A stretch of 64,000 bases of DNA. It comes from a virus. Shown here piece after piece: positions 18,181 to 28,454 of this stretch (the first letter of the stretch is position 1; each line of letters starts with the position of its first letter). The position numbers and the translations under genes were made by a program. Under the pieces are notes generated by a model. That model was not told the DNA's origin. It worked only from the letters and a program-made list of their open reading frames with translations, and ran no database searches. The stretch spans positions 1 through 64,000 of the IMG/VR virus record IMGVR_UViG_3300048580_000372, one strand, 5' to 3'.

Positions 18181-18404
18181 TAAAAGTAATGGTCTATATG
18201 GTGATTAGTATATTTGGTGAAAAAGCTATCACTATAGGACCATTACCATATGATATGGAAACTTGCCAAGAAAATATCCATATGGCTTACAAACCATTTG
18301 ACGACGATTGGAAAGCTGGTAAAAAATTTATCGTCCAAGGTCGAGAAATTAAAAGAAAAGATATATCGGTTAAATGCATTGAAAAGAAAGAAGCTATAAT
18401 ATAG
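18177..18404 (+). CDS. Small hypothetical protein
   Basis: 75 aa, translationally coupled to the upstream ORF. Confidence 0.55.
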   Translation: MIKVMVYMVISIFGEKAITIGPLPYDMETCQENIHMAYKPFDDDWKAGKKFIVQGREIKRKDISVKCIEKKEAII

Positions 18405-18414
18405 CTTCTTAATT

Positions 18415-19941
18415 TCAAGGATTTGGTGTGTCTGTTGAACTATTTGCAGATGTGATGTTATTCAAGCTCCAATTTTTAGAATTCCATACACCAAGGTCTG
18501 CACTATCTTGTCCAAGATTATTAGCATTTTTAAATTCTAAATATGAACCATTTGGTCCAAGCGGTCCAACATATTTTTTTGGTTTCCAAATACCACCAAT
18601 ATCAATACCAAAATCATTAACTGTGACTGTTTGATTATCTATAATATAACATTCAGCCAAGTATCCACCAAAATATGACCCCCAATATTGTTGTCTACCC
18701 CAATAATGAATTCTTGTTTGGTTTATATTTCCAACATCCATACCTTGAGTTGATGGGAATACTTGATAAGCCCAAGAAGTATTTCTTACACCATCAATAT
18801 ATAATTTAGCACGGTCGGTTTGTATAGATTCATTAGTATTAACAATTAAACATATATGATACCATTTATTTAAATCTGTGTATGTCGACGTTGTGTGTAT
18901 GTTAATTGGAGCGGTACCAGATCTATAAAACGTTATATTTATTTGATTAGCACTATTAAATAAAATAGTATCATCATAATCAGTTGGATCTCCGTCAACC
19001 GAAAGCATAGCTTGATTAGTACCATTATTAGCTTTTTTAACCCAAAACGAAACTGCATAATTTATATTACTTCCATTTGATGGTGGGGTTCTTTCTAACC
19101 AAGCTGTTTGTGATGGATAATATAAACGCAATGAATTAGTTACAGTATAAGAAGTAGCCATAATTGTAATAGAAAATGATCTATCTGCAATTCCAAAATT
19201 ACTATCAGTTGCTTGAACTGTAAAATTACTTGTAGTAGTTGAACTAACAGTGGTTGCAGTACCAGTTATAACACCCAAACTACTCATTGATAACCCGGTA
19301 GGTAACGAACCAGAAATCACAGAATATGTTATTGGATCACTATTTGGATCAGTAGCAGATAAACTATAATTAAAACTACTATTCATATTAATACTACCAA
19401 GCGATCCTGCTGCTGTACTCCATACAGGGGGTTCATTAGTTGAATTATTTACAGTTATAGTGAATGATTGTTGTGTATTTTGAGCACTATTGCTCACATT
19501 TATTATAAATGCAAAAACTGTATTAACTGTCACCTGTGGTGTTGTACCAGATATAACACCTGTTGAACTATTTAAAGTCAATCCACTTGGTAATGCACCA
19601 GATGTAACTGTATATGTTAATGTTAACCCATTTGGGTCAACAGCCAATATATTAGCAGAAAAAGCAACTTGTTCATTCACTATCGCTATATTTCCAGATT
19701 GTGTAACCCATATTGGATCTGTGAAACCAGACCACATACCATCACCTCTAAAGAATGAAGATGATGATTGGGTACCAGTTGTGGTAATCATCGGAAGATC
19801 AATCTTTGTCAACGACGACGCTGGGGCTGTAGTGACAGTTCCATCAGGTGTTGCCCATACACCATCACCACGCAAATAAGTTGTGCTATCTGGAGTACCA
19901 GTAGCCTTTAACATGTTAGTTGAAATTTTAGTTAATGCCAT
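18415..19941 (-). CDS. Virion protein with tandem Ig-like (He_PIG/cadherin-like) repeats and a LamG/concanavalin-like domain
   Basis: YLRGDG.W repeats; DPNG..LTY...SGALPSGLTLN..TGVISGT twice; SFWVK...WYHI...LYIDG; start set at ATG 19941 after the AGAGGA SD. Confidence 0.8.
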   Translation of the reverse strand: MALTKISTNMLKATGTPDSTTYLRGDGVWATPDGTVTTAPASSLTKIDLPMITTTGTQSSSSFFRGDGMWSGFTDPIWVTQSGNIAIVNEQVAFSANILAVDPNGLTLTYTVTSGALPSGLTLNSSTGVISGTTPQVTVNTVFAFIINVSNSAQNTQQSFTITVNNSTNEPPVWSTAAGSLGSINMNSSFNYSLSATDPNSDPITYSVISGSLPTGLSMSSLGVITGTATTVSSTTTSNFTVQATDSNFGIADRSFSITIMATSYTVTNSLRLYYPSQTAWLERTPPSNGSNINYAVSFWVKKANNGTNQAMLSVDGDPTDYDDTILFNSANQINITFYRSGTAPINIHTTSTYTDLNKWYHICLIVNTNESIQTDRAKLYIDGVRNTSWAYQVFPSTQGMDVGNINQTRIHYWGRQQYWGSYFGGYLAECYIIDNQTVTVNDFGIDIGGIWKPKKYVGPLGPNGSYLEFKNANNLGQDSADLGVWNSKNWSLNNITSANSSTDTPNP

Positions 19942-19945
19942 AATC

Positions 19946-19991
19946 AATCCTCTTTTAAAAGTATAATGTTATTTATACTTTTTAGAGGATT
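19946..19991 (-). promoter_or_regulatory. RBS-sequestering hairpin with an internal late promoter
   Basis: AATCCTCT-AAAAAGTATAA...TTATACTTTT-AAA-AGAGGATT; TATAAATA at 19977-19970; the 3' arm contains the SD of the next gene. Confidence 0.65.
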
Positions 19992-19999
19992 TTTAGGTA

Positions 20000-20719
20000 T
20001 TATCTACCAATCATTTTGTAATATTGTTCTACCCGATTGAACCATTCATTAACATAAAAATCAAAACGTTCTCCCTCAATAACATATTCAGCATATTCTG
20101 CTTCCTTGCCTGTAGTTGGGTCTGGTCGAGTTGCCATCATAATAACAGCACACCGAATATTAGTCCCAAACATCCTATTATGGGTATAACCATAACATGC
20201 TGTTTGTAGATAATAATCCTGAACATATTCTTCTTTTTTGATTTTCTTGGATGTTTTATAATCAATGATTGCAGGTTTTCCCTTCCAAACTCCTGCTGCA
20301 TCAAAGCTCCCAGCCCAAAGCGAGGGTTCAAACACAGACACTTCTTGTGCCCATACTTCATCAACATTACAAAGCCCATTATTAATAATTTGATCAGCCA
20401 TTTGTTCAGCCATTACACGAACAACATTATTCCCAGTTGGTCGTTCAATACCCAATGCATAATTTTCCAAATGGGTATGCATTAGTTTTCCCAACCCGGT
20501 GGCTTCCTTGGACTCTTGATTGGCTTTGGCATCCCCAACACGATTGCGCCATGCTATTAGGGCGGTCTTGTCTGCTGTATCCCCTAAAATGGTGGTGACT
20601 GATGACATTCCAGAATGACAAGTGCCATCTGCCCCAACATAATTATAATGACGCTTCCCTGTGACTTTATCTGTGACTTGTTCTAATTTTGGATAGGTGA
20701 ATTGTGGGTTTAATTTCAT
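20000..20719 (-). CDS. PD-(D/E)xK (Cas4/MGME1-like) exonuclease
   Basis: SVTTIL, G..MH..LE, AGSFD, IIDYKTS, Y.LQ...Y. Confidence 0.85.
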   Translation of the reverse strand: MKLNPQFTYPKLEQVTDKVTGKRHYNYVGADGTCHSGMSSVTTILGDTADKTALIAWRNRVGDAKANQESKEATGLGKLMHTHLENYALGIERPTGNNVVRVMAEQMADQIINNGLCNVDEVWAQEVSVFEPSLWAGSFDAAGVWKGKPAIIDYKTSKKIKKEEYVQDYYLQTACYGYTHNRMFGTNIRCAVIMMATRPDPTTGKEAEYAEYVIEGERFDFYVNEWFNRVEQYYKMIGR

Positions 20720-20865
20720 TTATTGTTTCCTCATTAAAGTTTAAACCAGTATACAATTAGTTTAAACAATAATGCAATTTATTCTTTTTAAATTTTTAAT
20801 CATAACTACACCTATAGTTGCAAGTATAAAATCTTACAACTTTCATTACCATTTTAAAATGGTTT

Positions 20866-21063
20866 TCAAGCTGGTTCCATTTCTGAAAAAAATTCATCTA
20901 AAGTCTTCGCCCAAATGTGCCCATTTGAACCTTGATAGATAACAGTCAATGGTAATAAATTAAAATCGTTGGAATATTCATTGGCTATTTGAATAACCTT
21001 ATATTCAACGTTTTCATGGTGCAACCAAGTTGAACCAATATCTGGAATTTGTATAATGCTCAT
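20866..21063 (-). CDS. Small DUF1653-like protein
   Basis: W.H....YKV..IA......VIY......WA+.L.EF pattern. Confidence 0.55.
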   Translation of the reverse strand: MSIIQIPDIGSTWLHHENVEYKVIQIANEYSNDFNLLPLTVIYQGSNGHIWAKTLDEFFSEMEPA

Positions 21064-21114
21064 ATCAATATCCTCCCTAATATATTTAATACCATTAGGG
21101 AGGATAATGTCAAA

Positions 21115-21408
21115 TTAATTTTTCACAGTTACGTTAAAAACCAACTTTTCATCAACGTGCTGCATATTAGTCAAACGATTATCAACCTCCATCAAGGTAT
21201 CAAATTCACCCAAAATGGCTTCCTTACGCTCGGTGGCGACAAAGGCAACCATCTTGCCATTCTTATTGGTGAAATCAATCGGAATGACAATGGTTTCATT
21301 CTCTACCGAAAAGGCATCCAAAATCCAACGAGGGACATTGGTGGGGTCGGTGATGACAACACGAAAACCTTCGGCATCATGATAAATCTTCGCAGGGAAT
21401 ACAGACAT
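21115..21408 (-). CDS. Hypothetical early protein
   Basis: GGAG SD, own early promoter. Confidence 0.65.
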   Translation of the reverse strand: MSVFPAKIYHDAEGFRVVITDPTNVPRWILDAFSVENETIVIPIDFTNKNGKMVAFVATERKEAILGEFDTLMEVDNRLTNMQHVDEKLVFNVTVKN

Positions 21409-21433
21409 AATCGCTACTCCGTTCTATTGAAAC

Positions 21434-21938
21434 CCAGTATAGCAGAAATAATGGGAATGTCAAGCGTTAATTTTCAGTGTTGATAATAACCCATGCATCG
21501 TTCTTGTATAACCCAACAATGTTACGCCCATCTCCAACATTGATTTCAAACACACCTGAACGAACACCAAACCGACGATTGGTAGTAATGCGGGTGAAAT
21601 AGGCAACAATAGCATCAACATCATCATAATCACGAAGGTCACCATGAACAGTCACAGTATACGCAGCCATGCAGTTATCCATCGGATTGGTCCAAACTTC
21701 AACATTGACACTCCCCTCAGAACCTGTGGGACGGTCGCAACGTTCCCAAGCATCATCTTCATCATCCCAACCAACACCAACGCCAACATCAGGTGCCTGA
21801 CCACCAGTATTGCAGCGAATATCATCCAGACGAATAGAACCATTAACATGAGTCCAAATAGACATTTTAATTCTCCATCATTTGATTAACTTTGTCCAGT
21901 ATAGCAGAAATAATGGGAATGTCAAGCGTTAATTTTCA
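21434..21938 (-). repeat. 43-bp exact direct repeat carrying an early promoter and flanking one gene
   Basis: CCAGTATAGCAGAAATAATGGGAATGTCAAGCGTTAATTTTCA at 21434-21476 and 21896-21938 (minus strand: TTGACA...CTGCTATACT). Confidence 0.9.
21467..21865 (-). CDS. Hypothetical early protein
   Basis: MSIWTHVNGSIRLD...PTGSEGS...GDLRD motifs; GGAG SD. Confidence 0.75.
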   Translation of the reverse strand: MSIWTHVNGSIRLDDIRCNTGGQAPDVGVGVGWDDEDDAWERCDRPTGSEGSVNVEVWTNPMDNCMAAYTVTVHGDLRDYDDVDAIVAYFTRITTNRRFGVRSGVFEINVGDGRNIVGLYKNDAWVIINTEN

Positions 21939-22134
21939 CACTGGAAAAAATCCCAAAGCGAACAAAGTTGTAAACACGATTGGAACGACGAACCCAGAAT
22001 TCCTGAACATCATCACGAGTATGAAATGCCCTACCCAAACACACCCAACCATATTTGTAAAAACGATGGGCACGAATGATGTTGCGAATGAAACGAGGGA
22101 ACATCTTCGAAACAGGCTTGGTAATCATTTTCAT
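21922..22134 (-). CDS. Small basic early protein
   Basis: GGAG SD and promoter at ~22156-22183. Confidence 0.55.
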   Translation of the reverse strand: MKMITKPVSKMFPRFIRNIIRAHRFYKYGWVCLGRAFHTRDDVQEFWVRRSNRVYNFVRFGIFSSVKINA

Positions 22135-22254
22135 TACTCCCTAAATTATCCTTATAGTATAACAGATTCTTTGAAAATGTCAAGGGGAAAAATTAATTGT
22201 CAAACCAAAATCCTCATGCTATATTGAGGGATAATTTGAAAAAGGAGAACCATT

Positions 22255-22506
22255 ATGACAATTTCCAGAGACGAACTAATAGACTTACTTAAAGAAAAAG
22301 TGCTCATCGTTACATTTAAAAAAGTGGATGGTGATGAACGAATTATGACTTGCACTTTAAAAAAAGATGTTCTTCCATTGTATGAAGCCAAAGAAGATGC
22401 CAAACCAAGAAAACCAAATCTTGAAGTCGTTCATGTGTGGGACATTAATAAATCATCTTGGCGTTCATTCAGGTATGATTCAATTATTAATATTGAAAAT
22501 ACCTAA
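22255..22506 (+). CDS. WYL_2/SH3-like small phage protein
   Basis: VTFKKVDGDERIMTCTL...VWD....WRSFR. Confidence 0.75.
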   Translation: MTISRDELIDLLKEKVLIVTFKKVDGDERIMTCTLKKDVLPLYEAKEDAKPRKPNLEVVHVWDINKSSWRSFRYDSIINIENT

Positions 22507-23352
22507 TCACCATTGAACAAACCATTGGAATGTTGCATTTGTGGACAGGGAGCCAACTAAATTAAATGTTGCCCCTGTACCATGAGCACTTGTCACAGAC
22601 ACAGGATTGGTTGGTAATTTCCCATAAGAACCATTATTTGCAATTGCAACATTTTTTGCGCCCATGGTCAATCCCAATATCAAACCAGAACCAATACCAG
22701 AAGTAGTGCTGCTCGCACCCAATATAGATGGATTACTGGAATATTCCCCTGCATTTAATAATTCTAATCCAGTAACATTTCCCACACCACCAACAGATGT
22801 TACCTTATAAGTGGCTTGTGTAATATACACACCAGTTGATACATAAATTATATCATTAACTGCATAATTTATACCAGGTACATTTATTGTCCAACTTGGA
22901 GTTAATGAACCAACTAAATTAGATATTTGGGTTGTCAATAAAGTTAATGTTGCGTCTGTTGATGCAATCCCATTGTTTACTTGCACAGTTAAAACATCCA
23001 TTGGATAATATCCAGAGCCTGTTGTATTAACACTTGCTTGTGTGACATTATATAACGACACTGGTTGTACAGCCAAAGTATACTTTAATAAACTGAAATA
23101 ATCAGTTATGGTTTTTATTTGAGATGAATATTTTCTATTCACAATATCACCATTGTATGTTTGCCAATATGCATGGGACGTTGGGGATAATGGGGTTGTC
23201 ATCACTGTATTATTAATGGTAGCTTCCCTATTTCCAGAATTGGCTGCAACTAAAATTGCACGTTCAATAGCTTTTATTTCATCAAAAACTACTAAATCAG
23301 TTGTTGATTGTGTTGTTATTAAATTAGTTGCAATTGGAAATATATCAGCCAT
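22507..23352 (-). CDS. Putative virion structural protein
   Basis: Thr/Gly/Val-rich beta repeats (GSGY, PGINY, NAGEY, NNGSY). Confidence 0.6.
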   Translation of the reverse strand: MADIFPIATNLITTQSTTDLVVFDEIKAIERAILVAANSGNREATINNTVMTTPLSPTSHAYWQTYNGDIVNRKYSSQIKTITDYFSLLKYTLAVQPVSLYNVTQASVNTTGSGYYPMDVLTVQVNNGIASTDATLTLLTTQISNLVGSLTPSWTINVPGINYAVNDIIYVSTGVYITQATYKVTSVGGVGNVTGLELLNAGEYSSNPSILGASSTTSGIGSGLILGLTMGAKNVAIANNGSYGKLPTNPVSVTSAHGTGATFNLVGSLSTNATFQWFVQW

Positions 23353-23810
23353 TATAGTTTATCCCCACCCTTTAAATCTTTATTAACAGCATTCTTTGCC
23401 ATATTATCAACATTGCTTTCAGCTGCAGCTTTATTTTGGTCATCTAATACTCGTTCTGATTGTTTACCTTGTTTTTGTTGCAAGTAGACAATACCATTTT
23501 CAATTTTTTCAACGAATTCTGGTTTTTCTTTATCATCAGCACCCATAATAAGATCAATAGCCATATCTGGTTCATCTGGGTCAATTTCAGCGAAACCCAT
23601 TTCATTTGAAACGTCATTCAATTCTTTAACGATAGATTCCAACGATACCTCTTTAACATTTCTATCACGCAATTGTGTCAAATGGGCTTTAACCCAAAAT
23701 TTCATGGTTTGTTGAACCATATCAATTGGTGACTCTCTGAGTGCTTTCTTGGCTATATAGCGTTGTATATCTTTCAACGAGACTTCACCGAATATTTCAT
23801 CTAATAACAT
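23352..23810 (-). CDS. Hypothetical late protein
   Basis: 152 aa, coupled within the late block. Confidence 0.65.
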   Translation of the reverse strand: MLLDEIFGEVSLKDIQRYIAKKALRESPIDMVQQTMKFWVKAHLTQLRDRNVKEVSLESIVKELNDVSNEMGFAEIDPDEPDMAIDLIMGADDKEKPEFVEKIENGIVYLQQKQGKQSERVLDDQNKAAAESNVDNMAKNAVNKDLKGGDKL

Positions 23811-23817
23811 TTTGTTT

Positions 23818-25230
23818 TTATCCTAAATTGTTGACAATTTTCATTGCATATTTTTGTATATTGGTTGCAGTATTGGTATCTGTAAATGAAACGATTCTCG
23901 AACCTTCTTTCATTAAATGAATACCAGTTGATTCTTGTATGGTTTTCCATGATTTTGGATTACCATATTTATTGACCAACCCTAAAACGAAATCAAATGA
24001 ATTAGCTTTAGTATCTTTGGTAACATTTTCAAAGAATGGTCTAAATGGGTCAGATAAATCTGCTTTAGTCATTTCAATCATATAATTAATTCTATCTTCT
24101 ATTTGTTTTGTTTCATTGAATTTAACACCATTGTGTGTTTCATTCAATAATTTATTTGTATAACGGGAAATATATTGTGGAATATTAATGTTTTGTTCAT
24201 TAACATTTTTAATAGTATTCCAATTTTCCATAATCCATTTTTCTCTTTTTGAGTTGGATGTGAAACCAATACTAAATTGTTTATTTTCTTTAATGCATTT
24301 AACCAAATAAACATCTTTTTGTTTTGTTTCTGATAATGCTAATTTAGATAATGAATAATTTTTGCTATTATTTAATTTTTCTGCATTTAATTTTTCTGTT
24401 GCGTCTAAAGCAGTTTTAACTGCAGCTGCAACTTTGGTTGATTTACCATTTGGGTTTTGGTCTTTGGCGATATTTTGCAAACCCAATTTCAAGTTATTTT
24501 CGATTCCTTTTTTCTTGGTGTCTTTGTCTTTATCAGCTGCAGCTTTAGCTGCAGCTTTAGCTGGATCTGTCCCAGAAGCATCTGCCATTTCTGCTGCATC
24601 ACCGAGCATACCAAGAATATCTGTATCTTCATTTATTTTACCTTCACCAATTTTTGATTGATATTCAACTTGTCCTGGCTCAAGAACCATCGATTGTAAT
24701 TTTTTCATAAATTTCATTTCAATGACTTTGTTGAGTTTGAATTTTTCTCTGAGGTCAAATGTGTGTGACATACCACCAAAATTATGTCCTGAAGCCACAC
24801 CATCAAAAATGTCACCTATTTTACAACCTTTCAAACCTTTGACATATTTTAATCCCATAGCAGAATATGCTTCATAAGTAGCATCAACGAATGCTTGACG
24901 AATATTGTATATATCTCTATCCGTAAAACCTGCACCTTTCAATCTTTGTTGAATGGCCCTGGCATTATATCTTAAATCACCATCTTCATTATCACCTTTA
25001 AAAAGAATATCTTCCAACCAATTCATAATAGTTCTTCCTTTATAACCCGGACGAGTATGAACAATATCTGAAACTTCTTGTGGACTAAATGCTTCCAACA
25101 AGGTTTTGCATTCTTTCAAGTCAATTTTATTAACTGTGATGGTGTCATTGGTAGCTGAGAATACAATCCCTTCGTTAACCAATATATCGGTGGCTTTTTT
25201 AATATCCTTTACAGTAATTTTTGCGTCCAT
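23818..25230 (-). CDS. Hypothetical late protein
   Basis: 470 aa; GATAAATA upstream (25269-25262). Confidence 0.7.
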   Translation of the reverse strand: MDAKITVKDIKKATDILVNEGIVFSATNDTITVNKIDLKECKTLLEAFSPQEVSDIVHTRPGYKGRTIMNWLEDILFKGDNEDGDLRYNARAIQQRLKGAGFTDRDIYNIRQAFVDATYEAYSAMGLKYVKGLKGCKIGDIFDGVASGHNFGGMSHTFDLREKFKLNKVIEMKFMKKLQSMVLEPGQVEYQSKIGEGKINEDTDILGMLGDAAEMADASGTDPAKAAAKAAADKDKDTKKKGIENNLKLGLQNIAKDQNPNGKSTKVAAAVKTALDATEKLNAEKLNNSKNYSLSKLALSETKQKDVYLVKCIKENKQFSIGFTSNSKREKWIMENWNTIKNVNEQNINIPQYISRYTNKLLNETHNGVKFNETKQIEDRINYMIEMTKADLSDPFRPFFENVTKDTKANSFDFVLGLVNKYGNPKSWKTIQESTGIHLMKEGSRIVSFTDTNTATNIQKYAMKIVNNLG

Positions 25231-25298
25231 GGTAATATTTCCCTATAATTGATGTTTATTATATTTATCTTTTTCTATTTAAAAAGTGGATTTAATTT

Positions 25299-26318
25299 TT
25301 AGTAATCATCATATCCAGAACCACGTTGTTTTGATATTCTTACTTTACCAACATATTCCAACGCATCCATATTAAACCATGCTGTGCTTTCAACATCATA
25401 ACTATAGCTCCAACTATCGTTATCATATCCATACCCTTGTCTGCCCCAAGAATGAATACCATCAACTCTTGATGTTATCAAATCCCATGGAAAATATTGG
25501 GAAAAATCATAATATTCTTGTGAATCATGAATTTTATGATAAATTTCAGGTGTTATAATTTCATCACCAATCATAAGATAATTCAAACATATTTCTTTTG
25601 CATCTCTGGTATCACGAATATCTAATATTTTAGCAGTTGGTTTTACCCTGAAAAGTTCACCAACTGGACTCCACCAATCATCTTGATTTCCCAATACCCA
25701 ATCATTCCATTCAGAGGTAACATAATTTTTACCATCACTTTTGATAAAATTTGTAACTGTTGAAGTCCAAAATGAACCAGATGGTTTGTTGCCACCCCTT
25801 GATGATGGATTTAATCTTGGTCTTGTGACTGTCTCTTTCAAATTCCCTTCATCATCATATTGATATTTCCAACTTCCCCTTCTTTGTCCTTGTTGATACT
25901 TTGATAATGCTGCTGTTTTTCTAAATTCTTTATTTGGAATATGAAGTTGATATTTATAATTTTTACGATTAACATTAAACATATGACGTTCAATATTATT
26001 ATATGCAGCATATCGCAATTCTTCCCTTTTATTTTTTGCCCAATCATCTACACCTGCTACTACTTGGGAAAGGTCAGTTGCAATTTTTTGATAAGTGGAT
26101 ATTGTTACCGGAAAATCTAACCTAATATCAGTATTCCAACGTTGAATACCATAACTTTCTAATTTTTGAAGAACTTGTTCACGCAATTCTGCATCGACTG
26201 TCAAACGCCATTGTTTTCCATATGCTTGATATAATCGCAACCCACGTTCTGCTGCATCTTGTTGTATACCAGCCCATGTTCTCAAATTTGCCTTTTCAAA
26301 TAATTCATATGCTCTCAT
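25299..26318 (-). CDS. Hypothetical protein with MRAYELFE N-terminus
   Basis: 339 aa; NKPSGSFWTS motif. Confidence 0.7.
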   Translation of the reverse strand: MRAYELFEKANLRTWAGIQQDAAERGLRLYQAYGKQWRLTVDAELREQVLQKLESYGIQRWNTDIRLDFPVTISTYQKIATDLSQVVAGVDDWAKNKREELRYAAYNNIERHMFNVNRKNYKYQLHIPNKEFRKTAALSKYQQGQRRGSWKYQYDDEGNLKETVTRPRLNPSSRGGNKPSGSFWTSTVTNFIKSDGKNYVTSEWNDWVLGNQDDWWSPVGELFRVKPTAKILDIRDTRDAKEICLNYLMIGDEIITPEIYHKIHDSQEYYDFSQYFPWDLITSRVDGIHSWGRQGYGYDNDSWSYSYDVESTAWFNMDALEYVGKVRISKQRGSGYDDY

Positions 26319-26327
26319 GTTTAATCC

Positions 26328-26606
26328 TTATGCCAAATAATTAATAATTTCTTGAAGTTGGATTACTGGAATCAATGGATTATTCAGTCCCTTATATTTC
26401 AACAAGGCATCTGCTAATAATTTTGCTTGATGGTCATAAGTTGCCTCTCTCATAAGAACTGTTATTAAATTTTCTAATGCACCTTGGGGAACCCTTGTTT
26501 CTGCATTTCTGCATAATAACTTTAATTGTTTGACAGCATCACTTATTTCATTATATCTATCTTCATTTAGAGTTACTGTTTCCATTAATTTACGCATACT
26601 TGTCAT
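26328..26606 (-). CDS. Small protein with MRKLME N-terminal motif
   Basis: GGAG SD; GATAAATA upstream. Confidence 0.7.
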   Translation of the reverse strand: MTSMRKLMETVTLNEDRYNEISDAVKQLKLLCRNAETRVPQGALENLITVLMREATYDHQAKLLADALLKYKGLNNPLIPVIQLQEIINYLA

Positions 26607-26649
26607 AATAGTTTCTCCATAAGGTTATTATTTATTTATCAAAAATAAA

Positions 26650-26680
26650 AAAATGGGCTGCAGAATTTGCAACCCATTTT
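26650..26680 (-). terminator. Intrinsic terminator
   Basis: AAAATGGGCTGCA-gaatt-TGCAACCCATTTT; T-run on the minus side. Confidence 0.65.
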
Positions 26681-26702
26681 AATTTAAATAATAAGAAATA
26701 TA

Positions 26703-27230
26703 TTAACCTAATTCACTTATTAACGATTTCATTGCGTCTTCTTTGGATTCTGCTGTCAAAAACTCCCAACTCATTCCTGTTTTTGAAAGTTCTCCTTCCC
26801 AATTTCCGTCGCTATTTTGCCAAACAATACCAATTTTCTTTCCATCTTTTTCAACATCAAATGTTTTACTATCTTTAGATTCATTAACAGAAGAACTTTC
26901 TAATTTAGAAATTTCATTTTTTACTTTTTTAAAGTAATCTTCCCCATCAATAACTTCTAACATTCTTTTCAAAATTTCTGAACGAGTTATTTTGATTTTA
27001 TCTCTTTCTACAAGTTTGCCATCAACAACTTTTACATCTGCACCATCAGTTTTGTTATATACTTTAACTAATTTATTTGTTGGCAATGCATTAATTTGTT
27101 TTGCTAATTTATTTATTTCAGATTCAATATCTTCATCAGACATTTTATCCCAGCTTTCTCTCAATTTAACAGATTGCAAGTTTTTTAAATTTATAGCTTC
27201 CATTAATTTACGCATATCTTGCGAACTCAT
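26703..27230 (-). CDS. Protein with MRKLME N-terminal motif
   Basis: 175 aa; GAGG SD. Confidence 0.7.
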   Translation of the reverse strand: MSSQDMRKLMEAINLKNLQSVKLRESWDKMSDEDIESEINKLAKQINALPTNKLVKVYNKTDGADVKVVDGKLVERDKIKITRSEILKRMLEVIDGEDYFKKVKNEISKLESSSVNESKDSKTFDVEKDGKKIGIVWQNSDGNWEGELSKTGMSWEFLTAESKEDAMKSLISELG

Positions 27231-27241
27231 AATAATACCTC

Positions 27242-28039
27242 TTATTTCTTACACTTTTTGTCTGCTGGCTTTGCAACTTTCTTACCAGCTTTTTTATCTT
27301 GATATGCTTTTAATCCTGCTGGAATTTTACCTTCGTCTAATTCTTTTTCACACTCTTTGTCTCCTTTCTTGCATTCTTTATCTGCTGGTTTTGCATCTTT
27401 CTTACCAGCTTTTTCATCTTGGTATTTTTGTAATCCTGGTGGTAATTTACCTTCTTTAATAGCTTGCAATTTTCTTGCAGTTTCAGCTATCTTTTTACGC
27501 AATGCTCTTTTGGCTTCCATGATTTTTGCTTTCTTGGAGCTAATCTTTGCAGATTCTTTCTTGGCACGACCCACACCATCATCTGAACCACCAAAAATAT
27601 CATCCAATTCTTCTTCTGTATCACCACCAGCATCACCTTCCATATCAGAACCTTCTGTGTCTTCAGCACCAGTTTCTTCTTCAGATGGTTCAGCAGCAGC
27701 TGCAGCATCATTTTCTAAATCACTTGGACCTGATGCTTCTGGGGCTGCCTTTCCTTCTAAACGCAATACTTCGTTGGCTACTCTGTCTTTTGAACTCTTA
27801 ATGGCTTCCAATGCTGCATCTAATGCTTCATTAACTGCTGTTTCAAAAGTATCAGCCTTTTCTGGACCAAATGTTCCACGCATATCATCAACGATTGGCA
27901 TAACGTCATTTACAGACATTTTGGCAATTTGTTCAGCCATGCTTTGAAGACGATCTACTACATCGTTAGTTGCGAATATCAAGCGAGCTTGTTCTAAATC
28001 GCTTTCAAGTAATTTTGATAAATTATTCAATGTTGTCAT
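27242..28039 (-). CDS. Putative prohead core/scaffold-like protein
   Basis: Helical N-terminus, acidic linker, duplicated EGK(L/I)P.GL..YQD.KAGKK.AKPADK.CKK C-terminal repeat. Confidence 0.5.
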   Translation of the reverse strand: MTTLNNLSKLLESDLEQARLIFATNDVVDRLQSMAEQIAKMSVNDVMPIVDDMRGTFGPEKADTFETAVNEALDAALEAIKSSKDRVANEVLRLEGKAAPEASGPSDLENDAAAAAEPSEEETGAEDTEGSDMEGDAGGDTEEELDDIFGGSDDGVGRAKKESAKISSKKAKIMEAKRALRKKIAETARKLQAIKEGKLPPGLQKYQDEKAGKKDAKPADKECKKGDKECEKELDEGKIPAGLKAYQDKKAGKKVAKPADKKCKK

Positions 28040-28097
28040 TTTTATAAGTTTCCTCTATTAAAAAGTTTTATATATTTTATTTATCTTTTAGAATAAA

Positions 28098-28376
28098 TTA
28101 TCTGCTACTTTTTTTCCTATTTTTACGGGTTGGCGCAATTTCTTTTAAATAAATATTTAACGCTTCACAGATTAATACAGCTTCACTATATTGTGGATTA
28201 AATGTTTGCATACCAAAATGGCTTTCACGAACTACATTAGATTTAACATCTTGATAATAGTTCAAGCTTTCAGTAATGGATTTCATGTCGTTGTTTAAAT
28301 TAATCGATACACCAAAACTTTCTCTCAAAGTTCTGATTATTTTCTTTAAACGATATTCTGCACTTGTTATAGCCAT
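28098..28376 (-). CDS. Hypothetical late protein
   Basis: 92 aa; GATAAATA upstream. Confidence 0.65.
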   Translation of the reverse strand: MAITSAEYRLKKIIRTLRESFGVSINLNNDMKSITESLNYYQDVKSNVVRESHFGMQTFNPQYSEAVLICEALNIYLKEIAPTRKNRKKSSR

Positions 28377-28454
28377 AATACTTCCTCTATATTGTTTTAT
28401 TTATTTATCTTTTTTTTAAAAAAAGTGCCACTTATTTTTGTTTGATATCAATAC

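Noticed and set aside
20000-20719. Cas4 as part of a CRISPR-Cas system
   Set aside because: No Fe-S cysteine cluster pattern, no cas1/cas2 and no array; it matches stand-alone phage exonucleases.
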